Below are positions 49,601 to 64,000 of a stretch of 64,000 bases of DNA, one piece after another. The stretch is from NCBI GenBank assembly GCA_964199315.1, contig OZ116703.1, forward strand, positions 682,001-746,000. Direction: 5' to 3'. Position 1 is the stretch's first letter, and each line of letters opens with the position of its first letter. This DNA comes from Orbicella franksi. Taxonomy: Eukaryota. The position numbers and the translations under genes are program-made. The notes below the pieces were generated by a model that was given only the letters and a program-made list of their open reading frames with translations, was not told the origin of the DNA and made no database searches.

Positions 49601-52396
49601 ATGGCACTTTGACGACGTAATCACGTGCATACAATTCGAATTCATCTCGTTGACGAAACAACATAAAATATCTGCGCTGATTAATGTTGCGTTCAGAGGA
49701 TCATGTGACAGAAAAAAAACCCATTGAGCCCAATATAGTTCTGCCGTCAACCAATGGAAACCAACCACGCGTTAAAGTATTTGCAGATAAACGACCAGCA
49801 CCAATTAAGCACCACGCGAATTCCCTAACAATTTACATGACAATGGTATCTGCTAAAGATAACAAACTTACTTATTTGTGGCGCCGCGGTGGCGTCTGTC
49901 AAGAATGTCGTTCTCTTAGGAGTTCTGGATGCCATCATCAACAATGCAAAAAAAATTGACATATCAAAGAACATTATCGTTGTCATTACTAAAAATGGAA
50001 CAAAACAAAGACTGAAAAAATGTCAACAGCTGTCGCTTCGAATAGAAGCAAGGCGCACCCTATCGAATTTCATCTTTGATTTACATTCAAACCTTGCAAA
50101 AACACTGTTGTAAAAAGACAGCCCAGTCGAAAGAATCGAGCTGTAATACATTAGCAAACAAGCGCTCAACAAATGTGGTAAAAACGATAGTCTTCTCTTA
50201 GAAAGACCAAAAATTAACATCATGTTTATTTTTTATGTAAAGCAACATCAATTATGGCACCCGTGGCGGTAGACCGAGTGTCTTGTCGTATAATTAAAGA
50301 CAGCTTTAATAATAATTGTTTTCTCCATTTGACCAAGTGAACGAGATGTCTGGATGATTCCAGATCGACTGTCTCCTCAAACTAGGCGTCTTTAGGCTGA
50401 AGTAGAGGTCATAGTCTCCTTGAGGCCAACTGTCAGTAGCAAGACACAGTCTTCGAGTAAACATAAAGACATAAGGAGAGGTTCCACTCCACAATGAATA
50501 TTTCCCCACTTACCCCATGATGGAACACACATTCTTAGCCAAACTTACCAGTATTACGAGAAAATTTATCAAGTAAGTAGACTCCCCGATTAACTCTAGA
50601 TCATTCTTTCGGAACAGTGTCCGACACGTACGTCCGTATTTAAAATGAGAATCTTTGTAATTATTAAATCTTACGGGAGCCGTGACACCGTGACTGTGGT
50701 ACGCAATCATTGGGAAGTTATTGATTTGCTAAACCGATTCCTTTTGAAAAGCTCAGAATAATTCATAAATGGTCCGCCACCGCACTTACTATTATTAAAA
50801 TTGTGGGCAATGTCAATTTTATCCAGTAACTATTATAAATTCATATTCACTATTCTCGTTTTCATTACATATATACTGTAAAATCCAAACGAACAGTTCG
50901 CTCTGAAGAGCAGATATCAAAATTGACACCAGTTCAGACATTATTAATTTCGCCTGCATGTATATATTTCGTACATACATAATGTATATCGTGAATACAT
51001 CAGCCAAATTTAGCTCTACTTTAGCTGTTACTTCAACAACTCTCAATACAACTGAACCCTCTGGCTACAAACCTTTCCGTGTGATATCGTCTTGATACAG
51101 ATCGCCTCGCTGTATTTCTGTTCATTCCAGGGAAATAACCTCAAAATAGCAGTTCAAGGTTTGCGGTTGTAGACAGGCGCGTTTCCATTCTTACACAATA
51201 CACTCCTGATAACGTCTTAGATCAGAAACTGACATGGACTGAGTTAATATTTCAAGCCCATAATTATAACTTATCAACTTATGATCGGGTCACACTTGAG
51301 TCATATCAACCGCACAATACTATGACGCATTTCCGGTTACCTTTTTATCTTGGCAATTGGCCCGAACTGTCCAAATCTAAAGCCTATCGTAAATAGGCAG
51401 AATAATCTATGTTTGATAAGCTATAGCAAAATCTACAGCAGTGTTATCCTTCAAAGGCCAAAATCTGGCATTTTGAACAAAGGGGCAAAGCTGACGAACT
51501 CACGCAATCCGCTCTCAACTTTTCCCTGTAATCTACATAATTGACACTGGGTTAACATTTTTTAAACTTTACAGCCAACAAGTTCTCCGGGTTCTCAGCT
51601 AAGTTTACATACTATGCATATTTTAGAAATTAAATTGAAATTAAATTAAATTATTGGGGCAGTAATTTGCCCGTCTCGTATTTCCAGCTGATTGTATCTC
51701 CCATATTCAAAATGGCCAATTTGTTAGAGTTTGGACAGGTATGGTTTTATAAGGAACGTGGCTGATCTTCTTGATGAATTTCAGACCATTTGAGGAATCG
51801 CTTTGACAAGTCGCAACAGGCTGTTCTACACCAAGTGCCCCAGGTGGAGGTTTTCCTTCCTGAATTTCCAGTTCTATTTAAATTTCTCAGTGTTTGTTTA
51901 TGAGGTGTTCTAGTACTTTCTGCATTTTAACATTTACATCCGACGTGACGTAATAAACCGTGTCCCATTCACATGAACGCATGACATCATTTTCGTGCAG
52001 GTGTACCAGACAGTCTTATGTCGCTGTTTCATCTTCTTCGGCTGGTCATGTGGTCCACTTGATCGCTAGCTGCTATCTGTTAAGTGGTTGGAATGACCTT
52101 TCAAGGTTTTGAAGCAAGCGCCTACATAGTGCAAGCCACTGTCAAGAAAATAGCGTTTCTTGAGTGATCCCCGTGTTCGTTTGCCAGTGTCGTGCTGATC
52201 TACTACTAGCCTTTCTTTGAAACTGGTGAGAATGTGTTTAAATACTTAATGCGAATGAATTTTCAGCTCGTAATGTGTCTTTAAAATATCAATGTATTTC
52301 CAGGAATGAAACACCGCGAAAGAAACAGACCAACGAATGAATGAGTAAACAAGAAAGTGAACGTTCAGCCAACCAACCAAACATCCAAGCGAGCTA

Positions 52397-52712
52397 TAGC
52401 CTGCGAACGCGGACGTATTTCCGGCTGTCGCTTGTCTCCGCCGAAAATAACGTCTGCGAACCCGAGCCAGGAAACGATTTCTGTGACGTAATGACTTTTG
52501 TTTCTCTTTGGCCAATCAGTTTCCATGATAGAATGAAACTAGAGCGCTCCTCGCAGCGAATACCTCGCACAGTAGTTCTGGGGCTACTTGACCTAAACTG
52601 TGATTGGCTTAAAATTCCTACGTCACAGAAATCGTTTCCTGGCTCGGGTTCGCAGACGTTATTTTCGGCGGAGACAACCGACAGCCGGAAATACGTCTGC
52701 GTTCGCAGGCTA
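52397..52712. mobile_element. Young MITE with ~94-bp near-perfect TIRs
   Basis: tagcctgcgaacgc(g/a)gacgtatttccggctgtcg(c/g)ttgtctccgccgaaaataacgtctgcgaacccgagccaggaaacgatttctgtgacgta is present at both ends with only two mismatches; TA at both termini. Confidence 0.92.
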
Positions 52713-55700
52713 AGCGAACTAGGGCTTCATTTATTTCTCGGGAAATAAATAAAGTCTCGGAAATTGTAGACATCAAGTAAAATTTGGTAGAATTTTCTAG
52801 CAATAATAGGATTATTAGCTTCCAGGTGACACTCGGAAGCTAAAATGGACAATTTTCAAAAGTTTACACGGTCAAAAACGTCGCGAAAGTGTTTATTTTT
52901 GGCCACCCCTTACCAACTTGAGGGCTCACTCTCACAGTAGTGTCCTCAGGGTAATCAGTGTTTCCCACTCAAATTATGCCAACCATGTTGGAAGCAAATA
53001 TGGCTGTCCAGTGAGGTGAGTGAGCCGTCTACATAAACACATATAAACTGTTAAAAGAAATTTCGACAATTTTAGAGATTTTTGAAATAATTCTAGAGCT
53101 TCTTAAAGGGAAATTCCGGAACGAATTTTAGACCATTTTTTTGGCAGTAATGTATCTAGCCCTAAACCGACTAACCAATGAAACAAAACGAACGAACAAT
53201 ATACATTGTAGTCCTGCAATCCGCCAACAACTGTAAAATTGTGATCATTATCTGTAATGGTCTTGTAATGAATTGAGAGCTGGAGACATTAGGTTTATTT
53301 GCTGTCTTCATCACTTCCTGTATCATGAGTCTATTTCATGTCAAACCGATTGCACGATATTTTTAAGAGTTGCTTTTATTTTCTAGGCTTTTCGCGAGTG
53401 ACAAGGTCTTTGAAAATGTCTTGCTGTTACAACAGGATAATCAATATACATCGATAGCGGTGGTAAATTATTTTTTTTTTTAGTTTAAACGTCTGGATAG
53501 GTATCAAAAGAGCCGGATTTTTTTTGGTTGCATCACTGCTAAAATGTCGCTTATATGAAGTGTTGTTTTACGTTCACTCTCACCGTATAATGACGTGCAA
53601 GTTTTGTTGACAGGCCATACAGCTAACAAAGCGGGTCTCCCTACCATTTCATAATTGCTTTCAGATCCTGACCACAAATACACAGGCTCTAAGCATAAAT
53701 AAGTCTTAGAATATTCAAGAGATGCCAAGCTGAATGAAGATTACTCCAATGAACTAAAGACTCAACGTTTAAAATCAAGGTGAATATTATTTCTAGCTTA
53801 AGTTTTCAAAACGCATTATGACTTTGTTATGCCGCGTATATTTCTTTGGTCGGTATTTATGAATTTCGCACCAAGATTCGCTGAACTTCTTGCTAAAAGT
53901 TCTATTCCATTCGTGCCAGTCCCAGCTCTTGATAGTAGCCTTCCTTTTAAACATAAACTGCCAAACGTGGAAGTCAAATTGAGGAGCAGGAAAAATGTTT
54001 TGTTCGATTTATAATCAAGATAGTTAACTTTCTTGTCCATTCCCGGTACTATCTTGTTACACAACAACATAAGCTTCTTACAAATGTTTCTCTCATATAT
54101 TTACGATCATCGCCAAAAGTTAGTTCCTTCAGTAGCTGTTCATCTAAAGTGGTTCAGTTTTCAATTTATTTTTCAGTAACACAGTGGAAGATAGCGTTGA
54201 ATGGACTGCTTTTGTTAGCCGACATAACTTTGTAAATATAGTGACAAAATTTACCATTTTGCAATGCTGGTTTTCAATGTTTTTAATTTTGCTTTTGACA
54301 TAGTGTCCGATTCATAATCACAAAGGAAAACAACGAAAAATTGGCGAACAATTTGGAAAACAATTCACTCGATATAACTCGAAAACGTGCCGGGTTCGGC
54401 TTAACTTGTCAGCCGGTGTGAATTTTCATAATTTCCACCTGGCCAAGCGAGGGGAAAGCTAAAACGACGCTAAAAGCAGTGAATTAGCATTTAATAAGGT
54501 TAACATCGATCCACAGTGACGCCATACTGATCTCGACACCGTTAAAAGCTAATTTGGTGCTGGAAAAATTGCGGCCTCAAACATAGTTACCGGTCTGCAA
54601 GATGGAAAACCAGTTGATGCAGAGCGTCAAGAATAAAGTGGATGAGTTCTAAAATGGTCTCTGGTAATACTTTCCAAGCGTCAAAAACCCTCGAAGAATT
54701 AGCATTTACGACGGAAATTCAGATGACCACAAGCTTTTTTTAACGGATAGAAAAGTCATTCGTGACCATTCGTGGTAATGACATTATTTCAAATAATGTT
54801 GTCGGGTGCGCCAGCCAGCAGACATATCCAACGACAATTTACGGTTAGGCCAGTATTTTTAATTTTTCAATAAATAAATAAATAATAATTAGAGAATCAA
54901 AATATATCCTGAGCAAGAGATAAAGAGCGTCACCCACCCCCCTGATTAAACTTGACTTTATTTACTGTAGTTTGATCGCTGATTTCTCCTATCTCTCGTT
55001 CTCCGCTCATAAAGTTCACATTGTCACGTTGTTGTTGCCGTGTTAAGTTCGTCGTCACGTTTGTCAGTGGATGAAAATGAAATTTATCTAACAGAATGCA
55101 TGGTAAAATAGCATGTACAAAATAAACATGGGAATCACTGAAATGATGTGAAGGAATGGTTACAGCTTAAGTGAAATGTAACTTGGAAGACACTAAAGCA
55201 AAAATGCTATTTTATTACTGGCTCGCACGAGTTCGTGTCTTAACCAGGACTTTTTGCAATACACGTTTTTATGTATGTTTGCGGGTGGTTATTTTTCTAA
55301 CAGATCAAAGTCCAATCAGTTGAACGTGTTAATCACGCAGTCCTGTCATGTGATTTGGTGAGTAGGAAACATGATACCGCTTTGTAATTAGCGGCTTAGT
55401 TCCCATTGGTGCAAGTCTTAAGAAGTGATCGTCCTTAATTGCCTCATTACCAGATGCCGCGGCTGTAAAACCACCACCATCGTCACCATACCGCCATTGC
55501 AGGCAACAGTTCAGCCATAAACTTACGTTGTAGCACATCTAGAAGCACAACTATTTTATTTCTGCTGATTTTTTTCAAGGTAAGTATAAAATAATTATCT
55601 TTTAGGTACGTGTTAATGATTTTTTTATTTCACATAATTTTGCGGTCAATTAGCCGACAAAACGAGAGTTGAGGACCGAAACTGAAAATTTTTTCTGCGT

Positions 55701-56501
55701 TTTGGATGGCAACGGGAAATTCTTTGATTGCATATCATCCAGTGAATATGGCCTCATTCACTATCTATTGCCAATATACTGATAGTTCTCAATTTCTTGT
55801 CATTTTGAAACAGTAAAATTTGGAAAAACTGCATAATCTCATTACATTCTATCGATCGCTGCAGAGGAATACAGTAATACTCTCTAAAGTCAAATGATCT
55901 CTTCTGAATTTGATCCTACCAAAACATTATGGTTTAATTGACGTGAAGTTAATGTTAATTTGCACAGCCATTCACTCGTTAGTGATTAAGGTCTTTAAAT
56001 TACAACCTTGTGGCCAATTAATAGCGCAATGAAGCGAATAATGTCAAAGAATAGTGTTTAGGACACTGGGCAGGGAATATTGAAGAAGGTCATGTTTTTG
56101 ATGGAGTAGATCGTTCTTCAAGCAGCAACCTAGTAAAAGAGTGACAGTATACGCTTAGTTACTGGTCTCGTTTGTTTTCTCGAAAATCCCGACGTTTTCC
56201 GGTGTGTCCTCTCAAATGCCAATCATAGAAGCAAACCCATCCCCAAGAAGGTTAAGAAAATATTTGTTTTGTAATATTATCGTACCCAAATTCGCAATAA
56301 GCAAATCAGAAACTGTCTACTGTCCTGATATCCAGCGATATCAACTCACTGACCTGTTATGGCTACGATATCATGATGACTTGGCCGAGTTTATGTAGGG
56401 TTAATACCTAATCGTACCTTTCGCGGTATGCTTCGGCGGGACTACGTTTCGCAGAACGACGAACTATGGCTCGACCAAACTTGCCTGATATTCCGCTGAA
56501 G

Positions 56502-56600
56502 TGAATGAATGAATGAAAGAATGAAAGACTTTATTCAAATGTCAAAGAGAATTTAGCTTTATAAGAAACTAATTGGGGACACTATTCACACATTAAAATA
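56502..56600 (-). mobile_element. Probable 3' tail of a LINE (L2/CR1-like) remnant
   Basis: The minus strand reads AATAAA followed by an (ATTC)n-type microsatellite tail; no ORF remnant was recognised. Confidence 0.35.
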
Positions 56601-59600
56601 TATCTTAGCTGCATAAAATTCAAACTATTTACGGTTTAAGTGCACCAGAAGGATGCGATTAATAATACGTATAACACGTAGATATGCCGGTGTAATCCCA
56701 ATATAACGACTTAAATAAACTCAAGCGTAGTTATCAAATACTCTTAATCGTCATATAAAACACCTGCCTGGAAACTGATATCGACTTGAATGTATTCGAA
56801 AATTTTTAATGCTACGACGCTTCAAATGTTCAAATTTTGCATTTAGAAATCGCTTTTGCATAAAAGGATAAAGAGCAATTAAAGGAATCGTTTTACTTTT
56901 AACTATACATAGCTGACCAAGTAAAACATTAATCGTCAGACAATGAAAAACACAGAAGTGGCTCAACGGAGATGCAAGTAACGACTGAATGTTCTATGCC
57001 AGGAACCTGAAAATGAATAAATATCGAAACTCGAAATGGCGGTCTTCCCCAGTATTATCGAGTCTGCTCTATTCCCTTTCAAAAGCCGATAGGGCAACTG
57101 AACGTTATGCAACAGCCCGCACGTGCTCGTGGAGCCATCTCAGACTGTTTTCACGTGTAGAGACACATTTATGGCATGTTTGTAAATGGTGGCATGAAAT
57201 TCATTGGACGAACAAGAAATGACGTATTTGGAGAATTAACTAGAAATACTTCTTAAAAAATTGTAAAAAACCGACGTTTCCGTAATTTTCATTTTCAAGT
57301 CGAGTTGAAAGTCAAATGAAGCGTATAAATACTGTTCTATTGGCTCGTGTTCACACGCAGTACTTGAGCTGAGCATACGTCTTCAGTCCCGATCATTTTT
57401 GTTATTGTATTCTGTGCCAGTGACAGTAGATTTTCTCCTATAGTTCGAGTAACCTCTTGTCGAATTGGTAGGAGAGCTATTTTGTTCTGTACATTTCACC
57501 AAGATATGGTCAGTGACAGTCATGGTCTAGTAATATAATATATTTTGACATCCCTTGGAGAGGGAATAACAGTTTAAAAGCAGAACATCAGCCATATATA
57601 TGAGTTCCAAGCGCTCTATTTTTTTTTTCTGGTAATAACTCAACAACGGTTGTAGTCCTTTCAATTAATTTCCCAGTTGAAGAAGTATGTTATAAATGTG
57701 GAATGTTGCTATGGATGGTTCAGTGCTGGTCGAAAATGAAAACATCGCGAACAATTCGTCAGACTGTGCGAAACGAGGTTTTATGTTGAAGTTGTGTGTT
57801 TTTTTTTTTTTCTGATAGAGCTATGAAAAGTAGAAAAAAAAGAAGGAAAACAATTGACAAAGTAAAATTAGAGTCGAGCTGTTTATTTATGAGGCTAAAC
57901 GATGACAGTTCGACATCCAGGATCGTGCTGTAAAAACTAACAGCTATATCAACAATTGCTCAAAGGTAAATTAACCATTTCATTATTCAGTGAGACTGAG
58001 CTAAATATATATTTTCTATTGTTTTGAATCTCCGTAAACGTTTATTTTCTTGGTTTTTGCAATACATTATCAATTACCATCAACAAGAGAATCTTGACTT
58101 AATGTGCCACCAAACTCTTGATCAAAACAAGACTTTATTATAAACGCAGCTTTGAAAAATCGATCCATGAAATCTCCTGTTCATTAATTTTATAGTTTGG
58201 CTGAAATAATTATCAACAAAGACACACGTCATTAGAGAAGCATAATGTGTCATTTTGCCTGTCAATCAATCTTTGACAGCTGGTCGCAGTTAAGAGCCCT
58301 GACCATGAGAGACACTGGATATTAGCATGAAATAAAGTAAGCGTCGCAAATTGCTCCAAGCTTTGACCTACTTCAAGATAACTGGAAGGTTCCGAAAGCC
58401 GCGTGTTTTAATTTCCAATCTTGTCCTTCAGAGTTAGATTCATAATAGTGTGTTTTGTTGCTTTCTTTTTTTACGATAGCCGCGTAACCGTGGATTAATG
58501 TAGTTCCCCGTCGTTAAACTGCCCAAGGCCATACTTGTGGCAATCCAACCTTCTGTTCGTATTAATCATAACTGCTTGACGGCAAGTTCTTAGAAACGTT
58601 CTGATCTTAACGAACAACTGGTTTTGATGATAGAGGCTAAGAATTAGTACTATGCAGCAGAATAACCTAAGTTTCGCGCTTAGCAAGATTGGTCTGTTTC
58701 ATTTTCGCAGTTTAAAACATCACAAAACGTAGGTTTCGCTGTATAGCTATTATCAGATTTAAAACCGGGATAAAACCTCTTAACTTTGTTCGAAATAAGG
58801 GACGTGCGACAAGCTGGCGTTTTCACCCTTTTGTTTCAGTTTTGCCTTTTCAAATCAGAATGAACTGGCGTCGAGTTGTTAGTCTCTATTTGAGGTTAAA
58901 GGTTTGTAATTTACCCTTTCCCGACATTCCTTATACTTCAAGAAGTGATAAACTAGTTCAAAATGGAATCCCACATAGACGTGATCAGTTGTGTAATAAG
59001 TCAAGCGGACTGAGGTGAAAATATGGCATAGCAAAGAGCAAAACAGGCTTTTTTCTTGGATTGTCAAAACAATCGGATGACAGATGGCTCTTGTATTCAA
59101 CTCACAGAAAATGGTTTTTATCATTCATTTTAAACGTTTGTCAATAACGGCTCGTACAGTTTCTTTGATGGGGTCAATGTCCATGAATTCACTACCACGG
59201 GAGCGAACCTTGTGTTCTTATTTGTCGAAAAATATCACGTCAAAAAACATTAAGTGGAGACGGACTGCGCATATGCGAAATATGGTGTTAATTATTCGAT
59301 GAAAGAAAGGCCAGTGTGTCAATAAGTGATTGTACGGTAAAAGCTCACTATATCGAACTGAAGCTGCGAAACAAAATTTCGTCATCCAGAGCTCAGTTTA
59401 CCAGCAGTACACCTGCCGTTTTTATGTGAAAACGACTGCATATCAAGATCATACTGTCTGTTGTATGATTGAATTAATGTTATTACTAACAGCGAGAGCA
59501 ATGTGCTGGAAAACGTTCCCTTTGGCCTCGTTCATATTGGAAGTCAGACTTAAAGAGGTAAACCGCTACGTTTTGCAAATAGCAAGTTGCTAGGAAATTG

Positions 59601-62600
59601 CAGTTGAATATCAGGAGCGAAATTCGATACAAAAGATTAACTAAAACGAAGTACTGAATTAACTAGCCGAGCTAGTTACTACATCAGTAGTATATGAATT
59701 AACACTGATGTCACAAAAAGGAAATTTGCATGTGTTCTACAATCTTAAACTTTATGTGAGCTTGGTAATGATTTTAGGATATCATTATATATTTACTCGG
59801 TCTTTTTAACAACATATTTGAGAAGTTCGCATGCAAAAGTTGCACTCGCCATGAAATAATTTTAATATCACCCAGTAACCTTTAATTTCTTGTATCGTCA
59901 AACATCTGCTGGTTTTAGTTGACATTATCGGAAAATTGTTTCTGACAGGTTTCATTTGAAAGATTGCTGTTTTTAAATCGACGCCCAATATAAGCATCTT
60001 TCGACAGCAACTTTAAAAGCAAACCTTTAACCAGTATAGTATGTGGAAGATATTTGCAGCGCTGTATGAAAATGAACCACAGAAACACTGAGATAATGAA
60101 TCACAAGTATTTCTTTTGTAGTCACAAATTTTTTATATCCCTTTATTGGTGTTACACATAAATTTATTTGCAGAAAAAGAAATACAGACACCTCAATAAA
60201 TTCAGGTGTTTTTGGCTACTTAAAAAAACGGAAAGTCGTTCACTGACAGATAGGATACGCTTCTCTGAACGGGGGGCGGACGACTTCTTGTCTAAGCGAG
60301 TCGAAAAATCAACATGTTTTGTCTACTTGCGGAAAATTTCCAAAAAATTGACTGAGGTTATGAAGTTTAGCTCCCAAAATCTCACTGCGCAAGCGCTAAC
60401 AGCCATCTTAAGCGCTCTTAGCATGGCCTGGTTAATTGACTACAGAATAACTTGTTAACTACTCCAAAATTTTAAAATACACGTGTTGCATATCTATAAT
60501 AGAATCGTTGCATCGTTGCAAAACGATCTTCAAACAAACCGTATGGTGTCAATCGGTTTTCGTCTTTTAGTGTCAAATTTCTAATATGTATGCTAATTAC
60601 GTCACGTACAGCTGTAAGCCCTTATTACAGCACCGACGTCTACTTTTAAAACATATGATGTTTTGAAAAATTTTCAGACGAGAACGGATGGTGTGGAGAA
60701 CATTTAAAAAGACGCCCTACGTGTGAGATCGCATTGTGTAAGGACACGTTTGTGAAATACCTGTTTTGTCTGTATTTGTTTGTGCAGCAAGATATGCTGA
60801 TCACTGAGGAAAGATTTCAGTGATGGTGTGCGTCATCGGTTAATTCGTAATTTGAATCGATATGATCAGCGACAAGACAAAGTTCTTGATAAAAGGAAAA
60901 AACAAAAAGAGGGATGATGATAAAATATAAAAGGTAGTCGTTTACGGGTCGAGTCAAACAAAGATTGTGACATAAATTACTTTTTATCCGCTGTGCCCTG
61001 CAGTTGGAAATCAAATTTGTAAAGATCTGCCCATTCATTTTACTAATTCTTATTAACTGTTGAACTAGATCAGTAAGTAAAGCATAAAATTTAAAATGGT
61101 TGACATAAAATATGGAAGAGGACAAAATATGACAAAAGAAAAATCGTAAACTGTCAATGAAAAAAATCTAAAACGTGTAGCGGTTATGTTGGGGATTGTC
61201 AGAAACAAACACTTCCTCAAATATACATCTTCTTTACCTTCAGAATTACTGAGAAGATGGAGGATTCAGAAGTTCTTCCGAAACGCAGGTAAGTTCGACT
61301 GCGAAAAAAAGTTAATATCTACTCATGTCACTGCTCTCACTTCTGTTATGGAAAATATGTTTTTGCCGTACTTCGATGAATAAACTGATATTTCTGGAAA
61401 CAGCAACTTAAATCATACAAGGATTTCTTTGTCCCCGATGTCAATTACAACAAAATAATAATGATAAAAATCGAAGAATGCTGTACAACAAACGCCGAGG
61501 GACATCACTGAATATTTTGAATTTTTCTTGAATTTATCCTATGGAAAATGAAAAAATGTATATTTTTACACAAACCCCCCCAGAAGAGAAAAGTGACTCA
61601 ATCGATCTAAAATTGTTTTTTGTTTAACGAAGCCTAAACTCTTAACTTATGATTACTTTCCTCCGCATTATGTGAAATGTGCAACAATTGTCAAATTCTC
61701 CAGATTTTGTTTGGCATTACGTGCGCGGAATTAATAGAAAAATACCAGAGCATTTATTTCAGTAAAAAGAGTCGAACGCAAGACTTTTCCGCACATTGTG
61801 TCTGTTTCACCAAGTGACGCCATTAAAATTCACCGCTCGTCTGTGAACGCTCGTGAAATTATGCAACAGGAAAATCTGCCTTCAGCTGTAAGCAATTCTT
61901 TAATCTAGAAAAGAGACGGAAACATAACTTATCTGATATAAATAAATATATATATCTTCCATTAATCTCCTATTGTTTACAAAAACAAACGTATTTTGCA
62001 AGGCTGCATGTGAAACTGAGTTATAATATTATTAGGTCTCAAACGAGTGGGTTTGTTTGATGACTAGTTGGTGCGGTAAATCAAGGAAAATTTTCCATTA
62101 GCAGAAATTCCTCGCATACGGCCGGTGCGCCTGAAATTTGAATTGACCAATCAGGATTTAGCAGGGGGAAAACTGTCCTGACGTCAATGTATGTTAACAG
62201 GAAAGGCATTGAAGTTGAGCAACTTTTCTCACTGCAGACGGCATCGAATATTCACGTCAAGGAATTTTTAATTCCAAAAACCATCTCAGACTGTAAAAAA
62301 TGAAAAATAAGAAACATTTATTGTCTCGAAGCTTAAAATTTGGCGCCAAAAATTGGTCGTCTGCGTCCGACAACTCGATTCGCTAGTCACTCGTCGAGTG
62401 TCGCCAGGTAGGATAATAGTTGTGTTATTTTGAACGAAATATCTTATTCCTCTTGAAATTAAACACGGATCTCTCCAGTAAGTATTAGAAGAGCCAAAGC
62501 AACTTATATAAGCATTGTCTTTATTTTTATCATGATTGTCTTCGAAACAAAACTTTCATCATGTCGTTCTGGTAGGACAGTTCGGTTTTGACTGCCGCTC

Positions 62601-62748
62601 ATTCTGCGTGTACGACCACCGTATGCAAGGTTTGGCGTGCTTAAGTAAAAGCAACGTTCTCAAGAGCGGTAAGAGTGCTTTGCGGTCTTAAAAGAAATAA
62701 TTTCGTTAAATTGAAAAAGACTACCAATTAACCGAAAAAATTGAAAGC

Positions 62749-63778
62749 ATGGTTAAATTTGGGTAAGAGTAAGACAGTAAACTGGGTAAGATTAAGACAT
62801 ATACTGTAAATATCTTCTGTCATTTATCACAGGAAGCTCGATCCGCCAGAAGAAGAGCCAAGTGGTAAGTTAGTTTGGCTATTTCTTAAGCTCTCTGTTA
62901 TTTTACATCAAAATAGTAAGCTATGCGTTAGAGGTTAGCGGGCATCACGGCTGATTCTTTTTTTCCAGTTGTTCGCACATCTCGTAAAGTCTATAATTAG
63001 ATCAGTTTTTTTTTTTATCAAACATAATAAGGTCCATTGTTTTCAAAAACTATTATTATAAGGAAATTAAATTATTGATTTTTCTGACCACACTTATTCC
63101 CTCTGAATTGCCATTGTGGATAAAATCCTGGTGTGTGACCATTCAAATGAAAGTTGTTGGGCAGTATTGTCATTTGGTAATGTTTCTTATACTGGACAAG
63201 GTAATTCTAACTTTTTCAGTCTTTGCATATAACTCTAGTTTGTGAAAATTCAAATAAAAGCTATTGAGCAGTATTGCACTCTGAAAGGTGTTTGTGACTG
63301 TAAGTCCATTTCAGTTTACTTTTAATTTCCCCAATGGCTTTTTTAACTTCTCTTAAATCGTTTCCTAATTAAATTCCTTTTAAAGGGCAAAAAGTACAGG
63401 ATGCTTTTTCCTCGGAAAATGAAAGCAACGAAAAGACAACGACAAGCTGTAACGTGCCAAATCACCACAAGAAAATAAAATGGAACTTTAAGCTGGTCCG
63501 CCCTGAAGTCCTCAAATGCTATCGGAGGATCGTTGATGGGTTGAATCGCGCTGGACCAGAACGAAAAAGAAGCGATGAGAATGAAACCGTACCACTACAG
63601 CAAAATGATCTGACTTCGAGGGAGGAGAAAAAGGAAAGTGCTTTCGGGCCAAAGAGAAAGCTGGACCCCGATAGTGTTAAAAATTGTGTGAAGGAGTCAA
63701 CTTCAGCAGCATGTGTGCTGCCAACGAGCTGTTCCAAATTCCTGACCATTTCTCACGAGAAGTTAGAACCTTCCAAAG
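62749..63778 (+). CDS. 5' exons of an unidentified gene, 3'-partial (continues beyond the window)
   Basis: Exons 62833-62864 (KLDPPEEEPS) and 63386-63778 (GQKVQDAFSSENES...KWNFKLVRPEVLKCYRRIVDGLNRAG...EKLEPSK) have good AG/GTAAG boundaries and matching phase 1. A tentative start exon 62749-62762 (ATG GTT AAA TTT GG|gtaaga) fits in phase 2. No domain was recognised. Confidence 0.5.
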
Positions 63779-64000
63779 GTAAGACTGAAAAAAGGAGATG
63801 ATATAAATAGACAATAGCTCCTTACGTACTTCTTTCACTCTAATGAGATCTTCGTTAGAGAAACGAAAGATTCCAGTTACTCGACTGTTATTCTCCTAAA
63901 ACTGATTTTCAAAGTAATATGCAGCTCTTACAAAAGTAGCTAAAAACGTACTCCGATCACGCGCCGTAAATTCCTCAAGGTTCCCCAACCTTTTGCAAAT

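Noticed and set aside
49435-50113. Three short plus-strand ORFs with basic, protein-like stretches
   Set aside because: No recognisable domain, consistent frame or convincing splice sites; possibly a transposon relic, but unsupported.

Overview
Eukaryotic, AT-rich, intron-containing animal DNA. It is probably from a cnidarian or stony coral, inferred from the repeat families and not proven. There is one 128-N gap. From left to right: (1) API5 (+), 13 coding exons in the window, including one GC-AG intron. Its last intron (5941-9165) contains a complete same-strand single-exon 442-aa ORF with a RHIM-like N-terminus and TPR-like helical C-terminus. (2) A frameshifted class-A GPCR fragment. (3) A ~1760-aa divergent ATF7IP/MCAF-like gene (+). 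(4) A Lys/Arg-rich, stop-interrupted reading frame (-). (5) A multi-exon gene (-) for a secreted low-complexity protein (signal peptide, Thr-Pro-X repeats, microexons, Gly/Met-rich blocks, basic His-rich tail) whose introns are all phase 1. (6) A more canonical ~895-aa ATF7IP/MCAF1 gene (-), convergent with (3). (7) About 15 kb of gene-poor, repeat-rich sequence. (8) The 5' exons of an unidentified gene running off the right edge. tRNA-derived SINEs and hairpin MITEs are scattered throughout. All exon structures were derived by hand from splice signals, phase continuity and recalled protein similarity; no database search was run.
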